This document shows, piece by piece, positions 18,306 to 27,683 of a stretch of DNA of 50,706 bases. A model generated the notes under the pieces. It made no database searches and had not been told where the DNA came from. It saw nothing but the letters and a program-made list of their open reading frames with translations. The stretch spans positions 1-50,706 of the forward strand of contig CBFDEG010000003.1 in the NCBI GenBank assembly GCA_965603765.1. The letters are read 5' to 3'. Both the position numbers and the translations under genes were made by a program. Position 1 is the stretch's first letter. Each line of letters starts with the position of its first letter. The stretch is from an uncultured bacterium. GTDB taxonomy: Bacteria > Nitrospirota > Thermodesulfovibrionia > UBA6902.

Positions 18306-19618
18306 TATTTCCATAACCCCGACAAAAACCACCCGAACATCGAGAAAAAAACTATTGGAAAAGCAAGACGGAAAAGTCTGTCCATAGTCTTTACCAGCCT
18401 GTCGTTATTACCGCGTGACAGGGAGGCGGTCACAATTACCTCTATCAGCGCCAGGAAGACAAGTATCGTACTTCCGAGTGTGAAGTAATCCATGCGGGTC
18501 ATATATGGCAGGATCGGGAGCAGACTTGCAAGTATAAAGCGGTATGTAATAAGGGCCAGCATTGCGCTTGTCGCCAGTCCGATCTGGGTGCCGGCGTTGC
18601 TCCGGTCGATCCAGAGCACTGCGAAAGACATCATAACGATCAGGGAGAGCGGCAAGATCACCTGCCAGAGGTAGTAGAGAAAGTAACGTTTGGCTGTGAA
18701 ATCAAAGGCAATTCCAGGAACGCTGACCCCGGCAACAGGTATATACGGACGAGAGTGGGCCTTGTAGTCCATGACCTCCCAGTCTGTAAGTGATAATTTA
18801 TTTGAAATAGCCCCGCCGCTTTTACCGACCCTGGTAATAGGTACGAATTCCACAGATCGAACACCTTCCCCTGTTGCCGCTAAATGGATAGTGAAACGAT
18901 GCTCATCCATCGGGAAATTTGAGAGCATAAGGGGCTGAGAGAGCGGGCCGACATAACGCTGGCGGTAGTTCACTGTACCGTCAGGTTTTACCTCGGCAAC
19001 TCTTGGCAGAGATTCCCATACATTGCCGCCCTGATTAACAAGTATGATCATGGGGGACCAGATCTTTTCAAGAGGAATCAACCGGATTGATCCAGTACTC
19101 TCGGCCAGACGACTGTCCTTCCAGGTAAGTCTGAGATGAAAATTGGCTGAGAAACTCTGGGCAGAGCCGTCAATTTTGTCTATGTCTATCACAAATAAAA
19201 AGTAATGGACCTTTGTCGGCCCTCTCCATTTTTCGGGGCGCTCTTCCTGTTCCACTGGTTTTCCAGCGGCTTTTTCAGCAGCCTTTTCTATGGCCTTTTC
19301 TACAGCGCTTTCTATTGTTTTTTCCGTAGCTTTTTCAGCTGCTTTTTCAGCTGCTTTTTCAGCGGCCTTTTCTATGGTTTTTTCTACAGCCTTCTCTGTG
19401 GCCTCTTCCACAGCTTTTTCTATGGCTTTTTCCTCATTGCTGCTTACAGCATTCTCGGCAGCCATTGCACTAATGGAAAAAGCAAAAAGAACTGCCAGTA
19501 CCACAAAACTGATACTGATCAAAGACCAAAGACGATCGATAAATGTAAAATACCGAACGATCGAATTGCGATTTTCATTCAGGTCTTCGTGATTCGTAAT
19601 TCGTAATTCGTAATTCAT
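18305..19618 (-). CDS. Prokaryotic pentameric ligand-gated ion channel (GLIC/ELIC-like) with N-terminal EKAA repeat
   Basis: W-x-D-x-R-L, IWSP, Pro-loop NFPMD, pre-M1 R, M1 with ILP, M2-M3 LPxLPYMT, M4. About 14 copies of an (A/T/I/V)EKA-type tetrapeptide after the signal helix. Confidence 0.9.
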   Translation of the reverse strand: MNYELRITNHEDLNENRNSIVRYFTFIDRLWSLISISFVVLAVLFAFSISAMAAENAVSSNEEKAIEKAVEEATEKAVEKTIEKAAEKAAEKAAEKATEKTIESAVEKAIEKAAEKAAGKPVEQEERPEKWRGPTKVHYFLFVIDIDKIDGSAQSFSANFHLRLTWKDSRLAESTGSIRLIPLEKIWSPMIILVNQGGNVWESLPRVAEVKPDGTVNYRQRYVGPLSQPLMLSNFPMDEHRFTIHLAATGEGVRSVEFVPITRVGKSGGAISNKLSLTDWEVMDYKAHSRPYIPVAGVSVPGIAFDFTAKRYFLYYLWQVILPLSLIVMMSFAVLWIDRSNAGTQIGLATSAMLALITYRFILASLLPILPYMTRMDYFTLGSTILVFLALIEVIVTASLSRGNNDRLVKTMDRLFRLAFPIVFFSMFGWFLSGLWK

Positions 19619-19628
19619 AATTTCCTTC

Positions 19629-20729
19629 TCAATTGGTCGGGACCGTCACGATCGGCGCTGCCTGAGGTCCACCTGTCTCTGTAAGTGAAAACAGATACAT
19701 CAGGAATGAGAACAAGCGCTTGGATGGATAATCCCGGTCATCGATCCAGAACCAGCTATCACGGTAGTGTACCGAGACGTATGCATCATCAGGTCTGGAA
19801 GTACTGTTCTGCACCCGGATCAGGGGCGGAAATTCCGACTCCGTCTCTTCACTTTCGCGATGTGAAGCATACACACGGCCTTCGGCAACGTCTGAATCAG
19901 GAACATCGATATATGAAGCAAAATCGATCATGATCTGCAGCATCGAGCGGCTCAGAATAGCGATCTCTTTGTCGTCTGCGGCGAATGATCCGTAGCCAAC
20001 CCTGAACTCGCGTGCATCGGGATCCAGCCCGAGAAGCTCCCTTACTTTATTCAGGTCTTTGACTATAGCTTCATCAGTGAGCGGACGAAAGAACATCACA
20101 ACTGCACTTTTTTCGCCTTGCGGCCTGACCCTCATTCCCAGTCCGCCGGCCAGCTGTATCCGCCGAAGTGCCTTGAGTAACTGAAGAAATCTTTGGTCGG
20201 CTAATCGCCCTGACATGGAACCGCCGTAACGGTTCTCCATGCCGTTTATGGTCTGAACGGTGATCCTTATAACATAGTCAGCCGCATACCCGCTCTGTAG
20301 AAGGAACAGTATCCCGGGAACAGGAATGGGCGTCATCATACTTTTCGTGAATTTCTCACCCATAATGGGGGCATAGGTTATGGTCGGACGGTCGGTATAT
20401 TTTGCACTGCCTCCCACGTTTTGAGTGTCAGCCAGGGGGGCATCCGCCCATGAGGCGCCCATCTGGACCTGTCCTTCCACGGCATACTGGTTTATCACCG
20501 ATGTCACATCCATGAAAACCGGGGCATCAGCGTAGCGTGTCTTGAGCAGGTTCAGGAGTGTCTGCTGCTTCCAGGACTCAGAGATGGCCGTTACATAATT
20601 AAAGCGGTCACGGGCCACAGTAGGCGCCCCGATCCCGGCACAACCGGCGAGCTGAAGGGCAATAATGGCCATGATACCGATCACCGCCCGCATGAACGAT
20701 CTTTTATTGAACGGTATTTTCATTAACAT
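19629..20729 (-). CDS. Conserved lipoprotein of unknown function (upstream partner of the pLGIC gene)
   Basis: Lipobox LAGC, LLNLLKTRYADAPVF, DRPTITYAP, WFWIDDRD..SKR. Confidence 0.8.
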   Translation of the reverse strand: MLMKIPFNKRSFMRAVIGIMAIIALQLAGCAGIGAPTVARDRFNYVTAISESWKQQTLLNLLKTRYADAPVFMDVTSVINQYAVEGQVQMGASWADAPLADTQNVGGSAKYTDRPTITYAPIMGEKFTKSMMTPIPVPGILFLLQSGYAADYVIRITVQTINGMENRYGGSMSGRLADQRFLQLLKALRRIQLAGGLGMRVRPQGEKSAVVMFFRPLTDEAIVKDLNKVRELLGLDPDAREFRVGYGSFAADDKEIAILSRSMLQIMIDFASYIDVPDSDVAEGRVYASHRESEETESEFPPLIRVQNSTSRPDDAYVSVHYRDSWFWIDDRDYPSKRLFSFLMYLFSLTETGGPQAAPIVTVPTN

Positions 20730-20756
20730 GCCTTTCTCATGCTTTTTTCATTTTTA

Positions 20757-21320
20757 TCAAATCATTTTATCTTTGGATAAATTCTTTAATATAGTTTCAA
20801 CGAATGGTTTTATCTTTACAAGACTGTTCTCCCCTTCCATAATGATCGTCTCCGACAGGACCGACCAGATCATCTTCTCGCTTTTGACGTCGTGCAGAGT
20901 GGTTTCGAGATTAAGAATGTCGTCAGTGTATCTGCGGTCGTAACCATACGAGTAACGCCCGTACCAGCCGGGCTCCATTGTCGTTACGGTCTCTTTTGAG
21001 ACAAGACTTGTAATAAGTACGGAATCTATGCCCATACCTTTGATCTTCGAAAGGATGGTCTCTTTGTCCATAGTTTTATCGGCAGGGATGATATCGTAAC
21101 TCGGTATTGCAGTGATGCCGTAACCTTTTAACTGGTTTACATACTCACGTTCAAATATTCTTCTTGCGCTGGGTTTTTCAGCAACAACCATAATGAGCAC
21201 ATTTTTGACATTTCCTTTATATGTATCATCCTTCCAGTCAGATACCATAGTGGTCGAGGCGCAGGAGATGAATATGAAAAATAAAAAACTAATTGTGAAT
21301 AAACCAAATAAAACTCTCAT
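20757..21320 (-). CDS. DUF4136-like lipoprotein
   Basis: Lipobox ISC, GGAG RBS, RRIFE, LETTLHD...MIWS. Confidence 0.7.
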   Translation of the reverse strand: MRVLFGLFTISFLFFIFISCASTTMVSDWKDDTYKGNVKNVLIMVVAEKPSARRIFEREYVNQLKGYGITAIPSYDIIPADKTMDKETILSKIKGMGIDSVLITSLVSKETVTTMEPGWYGRYSYGYDRRYTDDILNLETTLHDVKSEKMIWSVLSETIIMEGENSLVKIKPFVETILKNLSKDKMI

Positions 21321-21398
21321 GTTTGTTCTCCTTGATCATTTAACAAATTATACTGAATGGTTTTATGTGTAACTTTCTGAAACATTTACTAAACATGT

Positions 21399-21725
21399 TT
21401 ATTGATTCTTTTCATCACTTTCCATATCATATTTTTGCAGTACCTTTTTTACGCCCTTGCTCCTGTCGCTTTTCAAAACCTCAACTGTCAAAAGCGGCAT
21501 ATGCAATTCATACAGATTGTTCAATACTCCCACCAGTTCGGCCTGGTCACGCAACGGTCCTACCAGATTGGTTACAGGCCCGTATTCCTCCTGATTTCTG
21601 CTCGTAATATCCATCCCTGCCAGCCTGTCAGACCATGTGTCATCCAGTTTGCCCTTTACGCGTATCCGGTAGGTAGCAGGTGTTTCCAGTGAAATAAGTT
21701 TTTCCCAGTATTTTTTTGACGGCAT
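21399..21725 (-). CDS. Small ACT-fold-like protein typical of MalT-type LuxR neighbourhoods
   Basis: YRIRVKGKLDDTWSDRLAGM...LVGPLRDQAELVGVLNNLYELHMPLL. GGAGG RBS. Confidence 0.75.
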   Translation of the reverse strand: MPSKKYWEKLISLETPATYRIRVKGKLDDTWSDRLAGMDITSRNQEEYGPVTNLVGPLRDQAELVGVLNNLYELHMPLLTVEVLKSDRSKGVKKVLQKYDMESDEKNQ

Positions 21726-21778
21726 AAAATATCCTCCCTGACTATCCGCTGCAATTGATCGTTCAGTTCATAATTCCA

Positions 21779-21851
21779 ATTGTAAAAGGATATCTCCCCC
21801 CCAAACAGCCCCAAAAGTGGTAAGGGGAGTGGTAAAAAAGTGGTAATTTTG
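21779..21851 (-). promoter_or_regulatory. Box A array with -10 element, copy 3
   Basis: AACAGCCCCAAAAGTGGTAA-GGGG-AGTGGTAA-AAA-AGTGGTAA-TTTTG (21804-21851). On the minus strand, TACAAT lies 18 nt after CTGTTT. Confidence 0.78.
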
Positions 21852-21887
21852 AATTATTATGATCTTTGATCGACCCTGACGGGACCT

Positions 21888-21913
21888 GTAAGGGCATGGC
21901 GCGATGCCCCTTC
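21888..21913. repeat. Degenerate GTAG-family REP
   Basis: GTAAGGGCATGGCGCGATGCCCCTTC, related to the 4594 copy. Confidence 0.65.
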
Positions 21914-21918
21914 AAAGA

Positions 21919-24900
21919 TCATCCAGGTGGAAGGATCCTCAACTTCTGCGCTTTTGCAACCGCACTTACCCTGCTGTTCACAAGAAGTTTCTGATAGATA
22001 TTATAGACGTGTTTCTTGACTGTTCCAGGTGAAAGAAACAGTCTAAAAGCAATTTCTTTATTGCTGAGTCCCTGTCCCAGAAGTGTCAGGGTTTCAAGCT
22101 CACGTCTGCTCAAAGGCTCAGGCAATGGCTGGATACGCACAGTCTGATCATCGGTTACCCCATGGACAGTTACGGCTTTCTCACTTTTGAGGACAGCCAG
22201 TATACGCCCGATATAGTCAACAGCAATATTCTTTTTAGCCAGACGTTTCAGCAGGTTCATCATAACGGGTCCCGGTTCAATAAATGGCCGGATCGATCCA
22301 CCGGACCTTGCCATGACAACTGCCTGCTCCAGGATTTCCAGGGCCTTCTCTAACTGACCCTGGCGGTAACCGGCAAGGGCCTGCAGGACCATTATATCTA
22401 TCATCTGGCAGGTGTTATGCATTGTTTTGGATCGCTGCCGCAGGTTCTCGAGCCTTTCCATGGCGTCCTTCAGACCGGCATCAGACCCAATGGTAATGAG
22501 CACCCGGCATTCTGTAATGACGGGTATCTCCAAAAAGAAAAGCATCACTGGATTACCGGGGGTCTTGCTCAAAGACCTTTGCCAGCGGGAGGCAGGATCA
22601 AGATCACCCTGCAGCAGTGCGAGGCGGGCCCGGCAGGAACGAACGATCTCAAGATTTCCGGGATACTTTGTCCATTGTGCATACTCCTGTGCCAGTCTCA
22701 TCGTCTCATCAGCTTCATCCGGTTTCCCCATGAACTGACTGGTTATCGCTAACCCCGCCATAGCATCTACCGCAGCCCTTGTATTCGCCATGTATCGATT
22801 CTCTACAGCCATGCTGAAGTGATGCTCTGCAGCATCCAGATCAAGTATCTGGAAGGAGACGTTCCCCAGCACATATATGGCCCACGTCTCAGCAAAGGCA
22901 AGGCGGTTTGTCCTGGATACCTCTCCCAGTCGCAGGCCATCCTGAAAGGCCGGCAGCCACTCGCCGTCCAGCATATGGATAAAACACAAGCCAAAAGTCA
23001 GCCGTGACAAAATCATCCCTTCCTGTATGTCTATACTGCGAATTCCTTCATGCAGCCTCCGGATGGCTGTCTCTTTCTGTCCATTAAGATGAAGTGCCAT
23101 GCAGGCCCAATACTCAACTTCTGCTCTTAATGCTATAAAAGAGTTTCCGGGAGGCATTTCCATCGCTTTGGTAAAGAGCTCCATACTGCGTGCGCTCTCC
23201 CCTTGAAAATAGCAGAGGATTCCCCGAAAGAAGTTTATCTCGGACAGCAACGCTGGTTCCGTTGAATCTTCGTCAAGAAGGGATTCGACACGTTCAATTA
23301 TTGGGAGGATCTCCGATACCCGCGCTAAAATGAGCAGGATCCACGCCTTGCCCAGCAGAAGCTCTGGTCGCTCCTGCCTGATCTCATGGGGCAATCTGTC
23401 CAGCCACGTTTGAAGCGCCTGCCATCGGTCAGCATCAAGCGCAGCATGCCTGTTCCGCTCAACGATCTGAGCGGCAGCAAGCACATCTCCTGCTGCGAGC
23501 GCGTGCCGGACCGCATCCTCAACCAGGTTGTTTTCCTCAAACCACTTACTGACCCGGGAATGGAGTGATGCGATCTCTCCGGGACTGCGATGCTGCGTTA
23601 ACTGTTTTTTCAGAAGTTCATGGAACAGGTAGTGGTAACGAACCCAGCGGTCCTCTGTATCCAGATTGATTATGAACATGTTCTCTTTTTTCAGCAGCGC
23701 AATGAATTTCCGGGAATCGGTCTCTTTCTGCCCCGGCTCACTCAGCACCTCACACAATGGAGCGCAGAAACGATCCAGTATGGACGTTTTCAGGAGATAG
23801 TCCCGGACAACAGAGGATTGGTGTGAAAGGACCTCATTAAAAAGATACTCCATTACGTATTGGGCCCCTCCCTCCAGTTCAGGCAGCATGCTCTTGAAAT
23901 CTCCCCGATGCTGAATGGAAAGAGATGCCAGACGTAACCCCGTGATCCATCCCTCAGTCCTTTCTGCCCACATTGCAGCAGTGGTGTCCTCTATTTTTTC
24001 ATTAAGCATCTGCTGCAGGTAGGCTGCTGTCTCCTCTGCTGTAAAACGAATATCCTCAATGCGAAGTTCGTATAACTGTTTATGGGCACGGAGAGTATAT
24101 ATCGGCAGAAAGGGGTCCTTCCGTCCGATCAGCGCAAGGTGCAGGGGCCTGGGAGGGTGACGAAGCACCTCAATGACCAGCTCAAGCACAGATTTATCCC
24201 TGATGAGGTGAAAATCATCCATTGCCAGGACAAAGTCCTCTTTGATCATGTCCAGTTCATTGATCAGACTGCCCGATAAAACCTGCGGCGGCGGCAGAAC
24301 AGGTGCGTTGAGCATGGCAAGGGTCTTCTGTACAGCCTCAGGGAATATGGTCCGAACTGCATTTAATAAATAAGTCAGAAACAGGTGGAGATCGTTGTCA
24401 CTTTCGTCCAGGGATATCCATGCATTCGGCCATTCGCTCGCTTCAAGCCAGGAGCTTGCCAGTGTACTTTTGCCGTATCCGGCCGGCGCCAGAATGAGGA
24501 TAAGGAGATGCTTCCGGTTATGGTTGAGCTGTTCCACCAGTCGTGACCGGAGTACATGATCTTCGGGAACAGATGGGCGGTGAAGCTTTGTGCCCACGAT
24601 CGGCAAATGGTTAATAGTGCTGCCGTCAGCATGGTGGATACCTTCTCCAGCAGGTCCTTTGCTTTCAGAATACAGGCCGCTCCGGACATACTTTATGAGC
24701 TCAGCCATGCTGTTAACTCCCAACTTCTTCATGATCCGGCGACTCGTTGCCTTTGCCGTTTCAGGACTGATATTCAAAGGCAACGCAATTTGTTCTATTG
24801 CATTTCCTTCCATGAGCAGCGAAAGTGCTTCTTTTTCCTTTTTTGTCAGCTTAACCTTTTTTCCAGGGTCCGCAGAATAAGCAGGGGCTTCCCTGCCGCA

Positions 24901-25308
24901 GGAAAGTGAAATATCTGTAATTGACGGGCTCAGGTAGGCTTTCCCGTCAATAACTGCCCTGATTCCCTTCACCAGTTCTTCCGGGGCACTCTCCTTCATT
25001 ATGTATCCGACAGCCCCCGCGCTCAGCATATCTTCAACTAAACACTTTCCTGAATGAATTGACAGGGCCACAACTTTTGTATCAGGAGACTCTGAAGCAA
25101 TTTGACGGCACGCCTCAATGCCATTCATATTTGGCATGGTTATATCAATAACAACAACATCCGGTAAAAGTGTACATATCAGATCTATCGCTGTTTGACC
25201 ATCACCTGTTTCTCCAACTACCCGTATACCTTTTTCATTATTCAGAAGCAAATATAGCCCCCTTCGAAAAATAGTATGGTCATCAACTAAAAGAACTTTT
25301 GTTTCCAT
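21919..25308 (-). CDS. Fused NarL-type response regulator (REC + LuxR HTH) and MalT-type STAND ATPase-TPR-LuxR HTH regulator
   Basis: METKVLLVDDH, phospho-Asp in VIDITMP, first HTH LTKKEKEAL, TKLHRP, Walker A APAGYGKS, Walker B MDDFH, TEGW, YHYLF, final HTH LSRRELETL...LSNKEIA...TVKKH. ATG 25308 is preferred over TTG 25353. Confidence 0.93.
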   Translation of the reverse strand: METKVLLVDDHTIFRRGLYLLLNNEKGIRVVGETGDGQTAIDLICTLLPDVVVIDITMPNMNGIEACRQIASESPDTKVVALSIHSGKCLVEDMLSAGAVGYIMKESAPEELVKGIRAVIDGKAYLSPSITDISLSCGREAPAYSADPGKKVKLTKKEKEALSLLMEGNAIEQIALPLNISPETAKATSRRIMKKLGVNSMAELIKYVRSGLYSESKGPAGEGIHHADGSTINHLPIVGTKLHRPSVPEDHVLRSRLVEQLNHNRKHLLILILAPAGYGKSTLASSWLEASEWPNAWISLDESDNDLHLFLTYLLNAVRTIFPEAVQKTLAMLNAPVLPPPQVLSGSLINELDMIKEDFVLAMDDFHLIRDKSVLELVIEVLRHPPRPLHLALIGRKDPFLPIYTLRAHKQLYELRIEDIRFTAEETAAYLQQMLNEKIEDTTAAMWAERTEGWITGLRLASLSIQHRGDFKSMLPELEGGAQYVMEYLFNEVLSHQSSVVRDYLLKTSILDRFCAPLCEVLSEPGQKETDSRKFIALLKKENMFIINLDTEDRWVRYHYLFHELLKKQLTQHRSPGEIASLHSRVSKWFEENNLVEDAVRHALAAGDVLAAAQIVERNRHAALDADRWQALQTWLDRLPHEIRQERPELLLGKAWILLILARVSEILPIIERVESLLDEDSTEPALLSEINFFRGILCYFQGESARSMELFTKAMEMPPGNSFIALRAEVEYWACMALHLNGQKETAIRRLHEGIRSIDIQEGMILSRLTFGLCFIHMLDGEWLPAFQDGLRLGEVSRTNRLAFAETWAIYVLGNVSFQILDLDAAEHHFSMAVENRYMANTRAAVDAMAGLAITSQFMGKPDEADETMRLAQEYAQWTKYPGNLEIVRSCRARLALLQGDLDPASRWQRSLSKTPGNPVMLFFLEIPVITECRVLITIGSDAGLKDAMERLENLRQRSKTMHNTCQMIDIMVLQALAGYRQGQLEKALEILEQAVVMARSGGSIRPFIEPGPVMMNLLKRLAKKNIAVDYIGRILAVLKSEKAVTVHGVTDDQTVRIQPLPEPLSRRELETLTLLGQGLSNKEIAFRLFLSPGTVKKHVYNIYQKLLVNSRVSAVAKAQKLRILPPG

Positions 25309-25535
25309 ATATACTTTTTTAAAAACCATTATGCTGAATCCTCTTTTGTACAATTATATCATTAGATTTATTAACAGCTACCCTTACCATTAGTGCGCTA
25401 TGAGGCAGTAAGCCGGACCTGCGTATTGATACTGAAGGTGATGGTTAGTGACCATCAGGAAAAGGAGTATTCTATTCCCGCCCTCCTTCCTTTCATTAAC
25501 TCCAAACTTCGTACTGCAATAAAAACATGTAAAAA

Positions 25536-25580
25536 CCAGTAATTTTACGAGTTGTTGGCTGTCAATAATTACCTTAAGAT
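25536..25580 (+). promoter_or_regulatory. Box B abutting a sigma-70 promoter, copy 2
   Basis: CCAGTAATTTTACGAG followed by TTGTTG-N17-TAAGAT. Confidence 0.75.
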
Positions 25581-25637
25581 TTAAATAACGAACAAAAATT
25601 AAATATAAAGGTCCAGAAAACTGAAAGGCCCATTACT

Positions 25638-26177
25638 TTGGAGACAAAAGGTTATCTATCTGTTTTCTTATTCATCATGTTAACGGTCAGCTGTTCAGGG
25701 GTCGGCAATGTCCATGTGAATTATGAATATGACCATGAAATAGACTTCAATGATCTAAGATCATTTGACTGGTTCCCTGTCCCTACACGGAACGTAAGAT
25801 ATGATCTTATCATCAAGCAGATCAAACATGAAATCAAGATGCAGCTGCATGACAAGGGATTAGAACTGGACCAGGCACAACCTGACTTTCTGATAGCCAT
25901 ACACGGAGGCATACAGCCCCGGCTGGAACATGATGACTGGAATTACCTGAATGTAAATTACAATCAGTACTGGATAAAGCGCAGGCTGGACATCATTAAA
26001 TATCATGATGAAATGCTTATAGTTGATATTATCGATACAAGATCAAAAACACTTATATACAGGGCAGTATCAAATACTTTTACAAGCATTGAACCTAATT
26101 ATGATAGACGCAGTGAAGCGATCAAAGAGACCATAACAAAAATTCTGGAGAACTTCCCTCCAATTGAAGCTGAATAA
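25638..26177 (+). CDS. DUF4136 family lipoprotein
   Basis: Lipobox VSC, YDHEIDF..LRSFDW, PDFLI, LIVDIID..LIYR, ENFPP. TTG start. Confidence 0.85.
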   Translation: METKGYLSVFLFIMLTVSCSGVGNVHVNYEYDHEIDFNDLRSFDWFPVPTRNVRYDLIIKQIKHEIKMQLHDKGLELDQAQPDFLIAIHGGIQPRLEHDDWNYLNVNYNQYWIKRRLDIIKYHDEMLIVDIIDTRSKTLIYRAVSNTFTSIEPNYDRRSEAIKETITKILENFPPIEAE

Positions 26178-26405
26178 AAGTGGACCGGGAATATCTAATA
26201 TTAATATTTCAATAAAATATCTGTTGCACTTTATATTATTATCGCTCTGCATTCCCGGATATGCCCGGGATGATAATAGTTCAAAGGTCAATACAGCCCC
26301 GAAGCATTGGGCAGCGCCTGCTGGAATTCCTGCGGCTTGCATAGGTGGCTGCAGGGTGAACGCAGCAGATTTCTCTAAGACTCTATCGGTAATTTACACC
26401 CCAAA

Positions 26406-26450
26406 CCAGTAATTTTACGAGTTGTTAATGCTTGGTTGTTCCCTTATCAT
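26406..26450 (+). promoter_or_regulatory. Box B abutting a sigma-70 promoter, copy 3
   Basis: CCAGTAATTTTACGAG followed by TTGTTA-N17-TATCAT. Confidence 0.75.
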
Positions 26451-26515
26451 TTATAAATATACATGGTCCTTTCGGGTCTTTTGATCTGCTCTGCACAATA
26501 ACGGGAAGGAATACG

Positions 26516-27361
26516 ATGCTAAAGCGAATCCTTGTACCTCTTGACCACTCGCCATTCACCGATGGCGCGATAGAACTGGCGTGCAACCTTGCTGCACAAC
26601 ATGAAGCAGAACTCACAGGTCTTGTGGTGATAGACATCCCGGGGATTCAAAGATCTATCGGCCCGGTACCTTTAGGCGCAGGTAAATACGCTCAAAAACT
26701 TGAGAGATCCCGGACAAGTGAAGCTGATCGTCATATCAGGGCCCTGCTTGCAAGCTTTCACGCAAAGTGTAAAGAGGCCGGTGTTTCCCACAAAGAGACA
26801 GAGCTCCAGGGAAGTCCTCATGAATCGATCGTTCATGAGTCGATCTATTATGATGCTACCGTGATGGGGTTGCGCACGTTCTTTAATTTCGAAGACAAGA
26901 ACAAGGCCGGTGTTACATTGGATAAGGTGCTTGTATATTCGATCGGTCCGGTGATCGGTGCACCAAGATCTCCGGGCAAGGTCGACTTTGCATCGAAGAT
27001 AAGAGTTCTTGTTCCATTCAATGCTTCAATTCCATCGGTGCGTTCTTTACATCGCTTTGTTGCTGTAGCGGATCCCGACCTATCGGAAGTAACGCTTGTA
27101 ATGTCTGATCCGGACGAACAAAAGGCCCGCTATCAACTGAAACAGGCCGGGGGCTACCTTGCAGCGCACGGTTTTCGCACTGTCCATACTGAATGGAGTG
27201 ATAAGGATATTATCAGCCTCATTGACAAACGCTATCTGGAATATGCTGATATTGTTGTTGTCGGAGCTCACTCAAAGATCTCTCTCGTAGATTTCATGGT
27301 TGGCAGCGTGGCTAAACACGTGATCGGCGCTGCAATGAAGCCGGTCATTATCGGCCAATAA
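26516..27361 (+). CDS. Tandem-domain universal stress protein
   Basis: MLKRILVPLDHS after a GAAGGA RBS. Second domain has ADIVVVGAHS...MVGSVAKHV...PVII. Confidence 0.9.
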   Translation: MLKRILVPLDHSPFTDGAIELACNLAAQHEAELTGLVVIDIPGIQRSIGPVPLGAGKYAQKLERSRTSEADRHIRALLASFHAKCKEAGVSHKETELQGSPHESIVHESIYYDATVMGLRTFFNFEDKNKAGVTLDKVLVYSIGPVIGAPRSPGKVDFASKIRVLVPFNASIPSVRSLHRFVAVADPDLSEVTLVMSDPDEQKARYQLKQAGGYLAAHGFRTVHTEWSDKDIISLIDKRYLEYADIVVVGAHSKISLVDFMVGSVAKHVIGAAMKPVIIGQ

Positions 27362-27383
27362 TGTGCGGCAGTTAGGAGGATAT

Positions 27384-27632
27384 ATGTTAAAGCACTTTGA
27401 CCTATCGACATTAATAATTATCCTGACAACATTGGTCCTGTTTATTGCCGCTCTTTTTACCAAGGGGCTTACTCATGAGCTGTTACTGGAGTCAGCTGTT
27501 TTTCTGGTTTCAGTTAAATTGATCTTGATGGCCTACAGTAACAAACAAAACCAATTAACCATATTGCGTGAATTTGAAGATATCAAGGCATTTCTGGAAG
27601 AAAAGAAAAACAGTATTCAACAGCAAAAATAA
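27384..27632 (+). CDS. Small two-TM membrane protein
   Basis: AGGAGG RBS, two hydrophobic helices, KGLTHELLLE..VFLVSVKLI. Confidence 0.75.
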   Translation: MLKHFDLSTLIIILTTLVLFIAALFTKGLTHELLLESAVFLVSVKLILMAYSNKQNQLTILREFEDIKAFLEEKKNSIQQQK

Positions 27633-27683
27633 TTGTAAGTCATAAAATGAATGGGAAATTAAGAAAATAAGGAGGATTACAAT

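Noticed and set aside
25390-25510. Riboswitch in the regulator/DUF4136 intergenic region
   Set aside because: Small hairpins are present (TGATGGT...ACCATCA), but no recognisable aptamer consensus. An Rfam scan would be needed.
26164-26412. 82-aa ORF with a signal-peptide-like segment
   Set aside because: It has a TTG start overlapping the upstream gene, no family motif, and runs into the Box B promoter. It may be a gene relic but is unsupported.
15621-26425. Repeated 20-mers as a CRISPR array
   Set aside because: Copies are kilobases apart in promoter positions, with no regular spacers and no cas genes.
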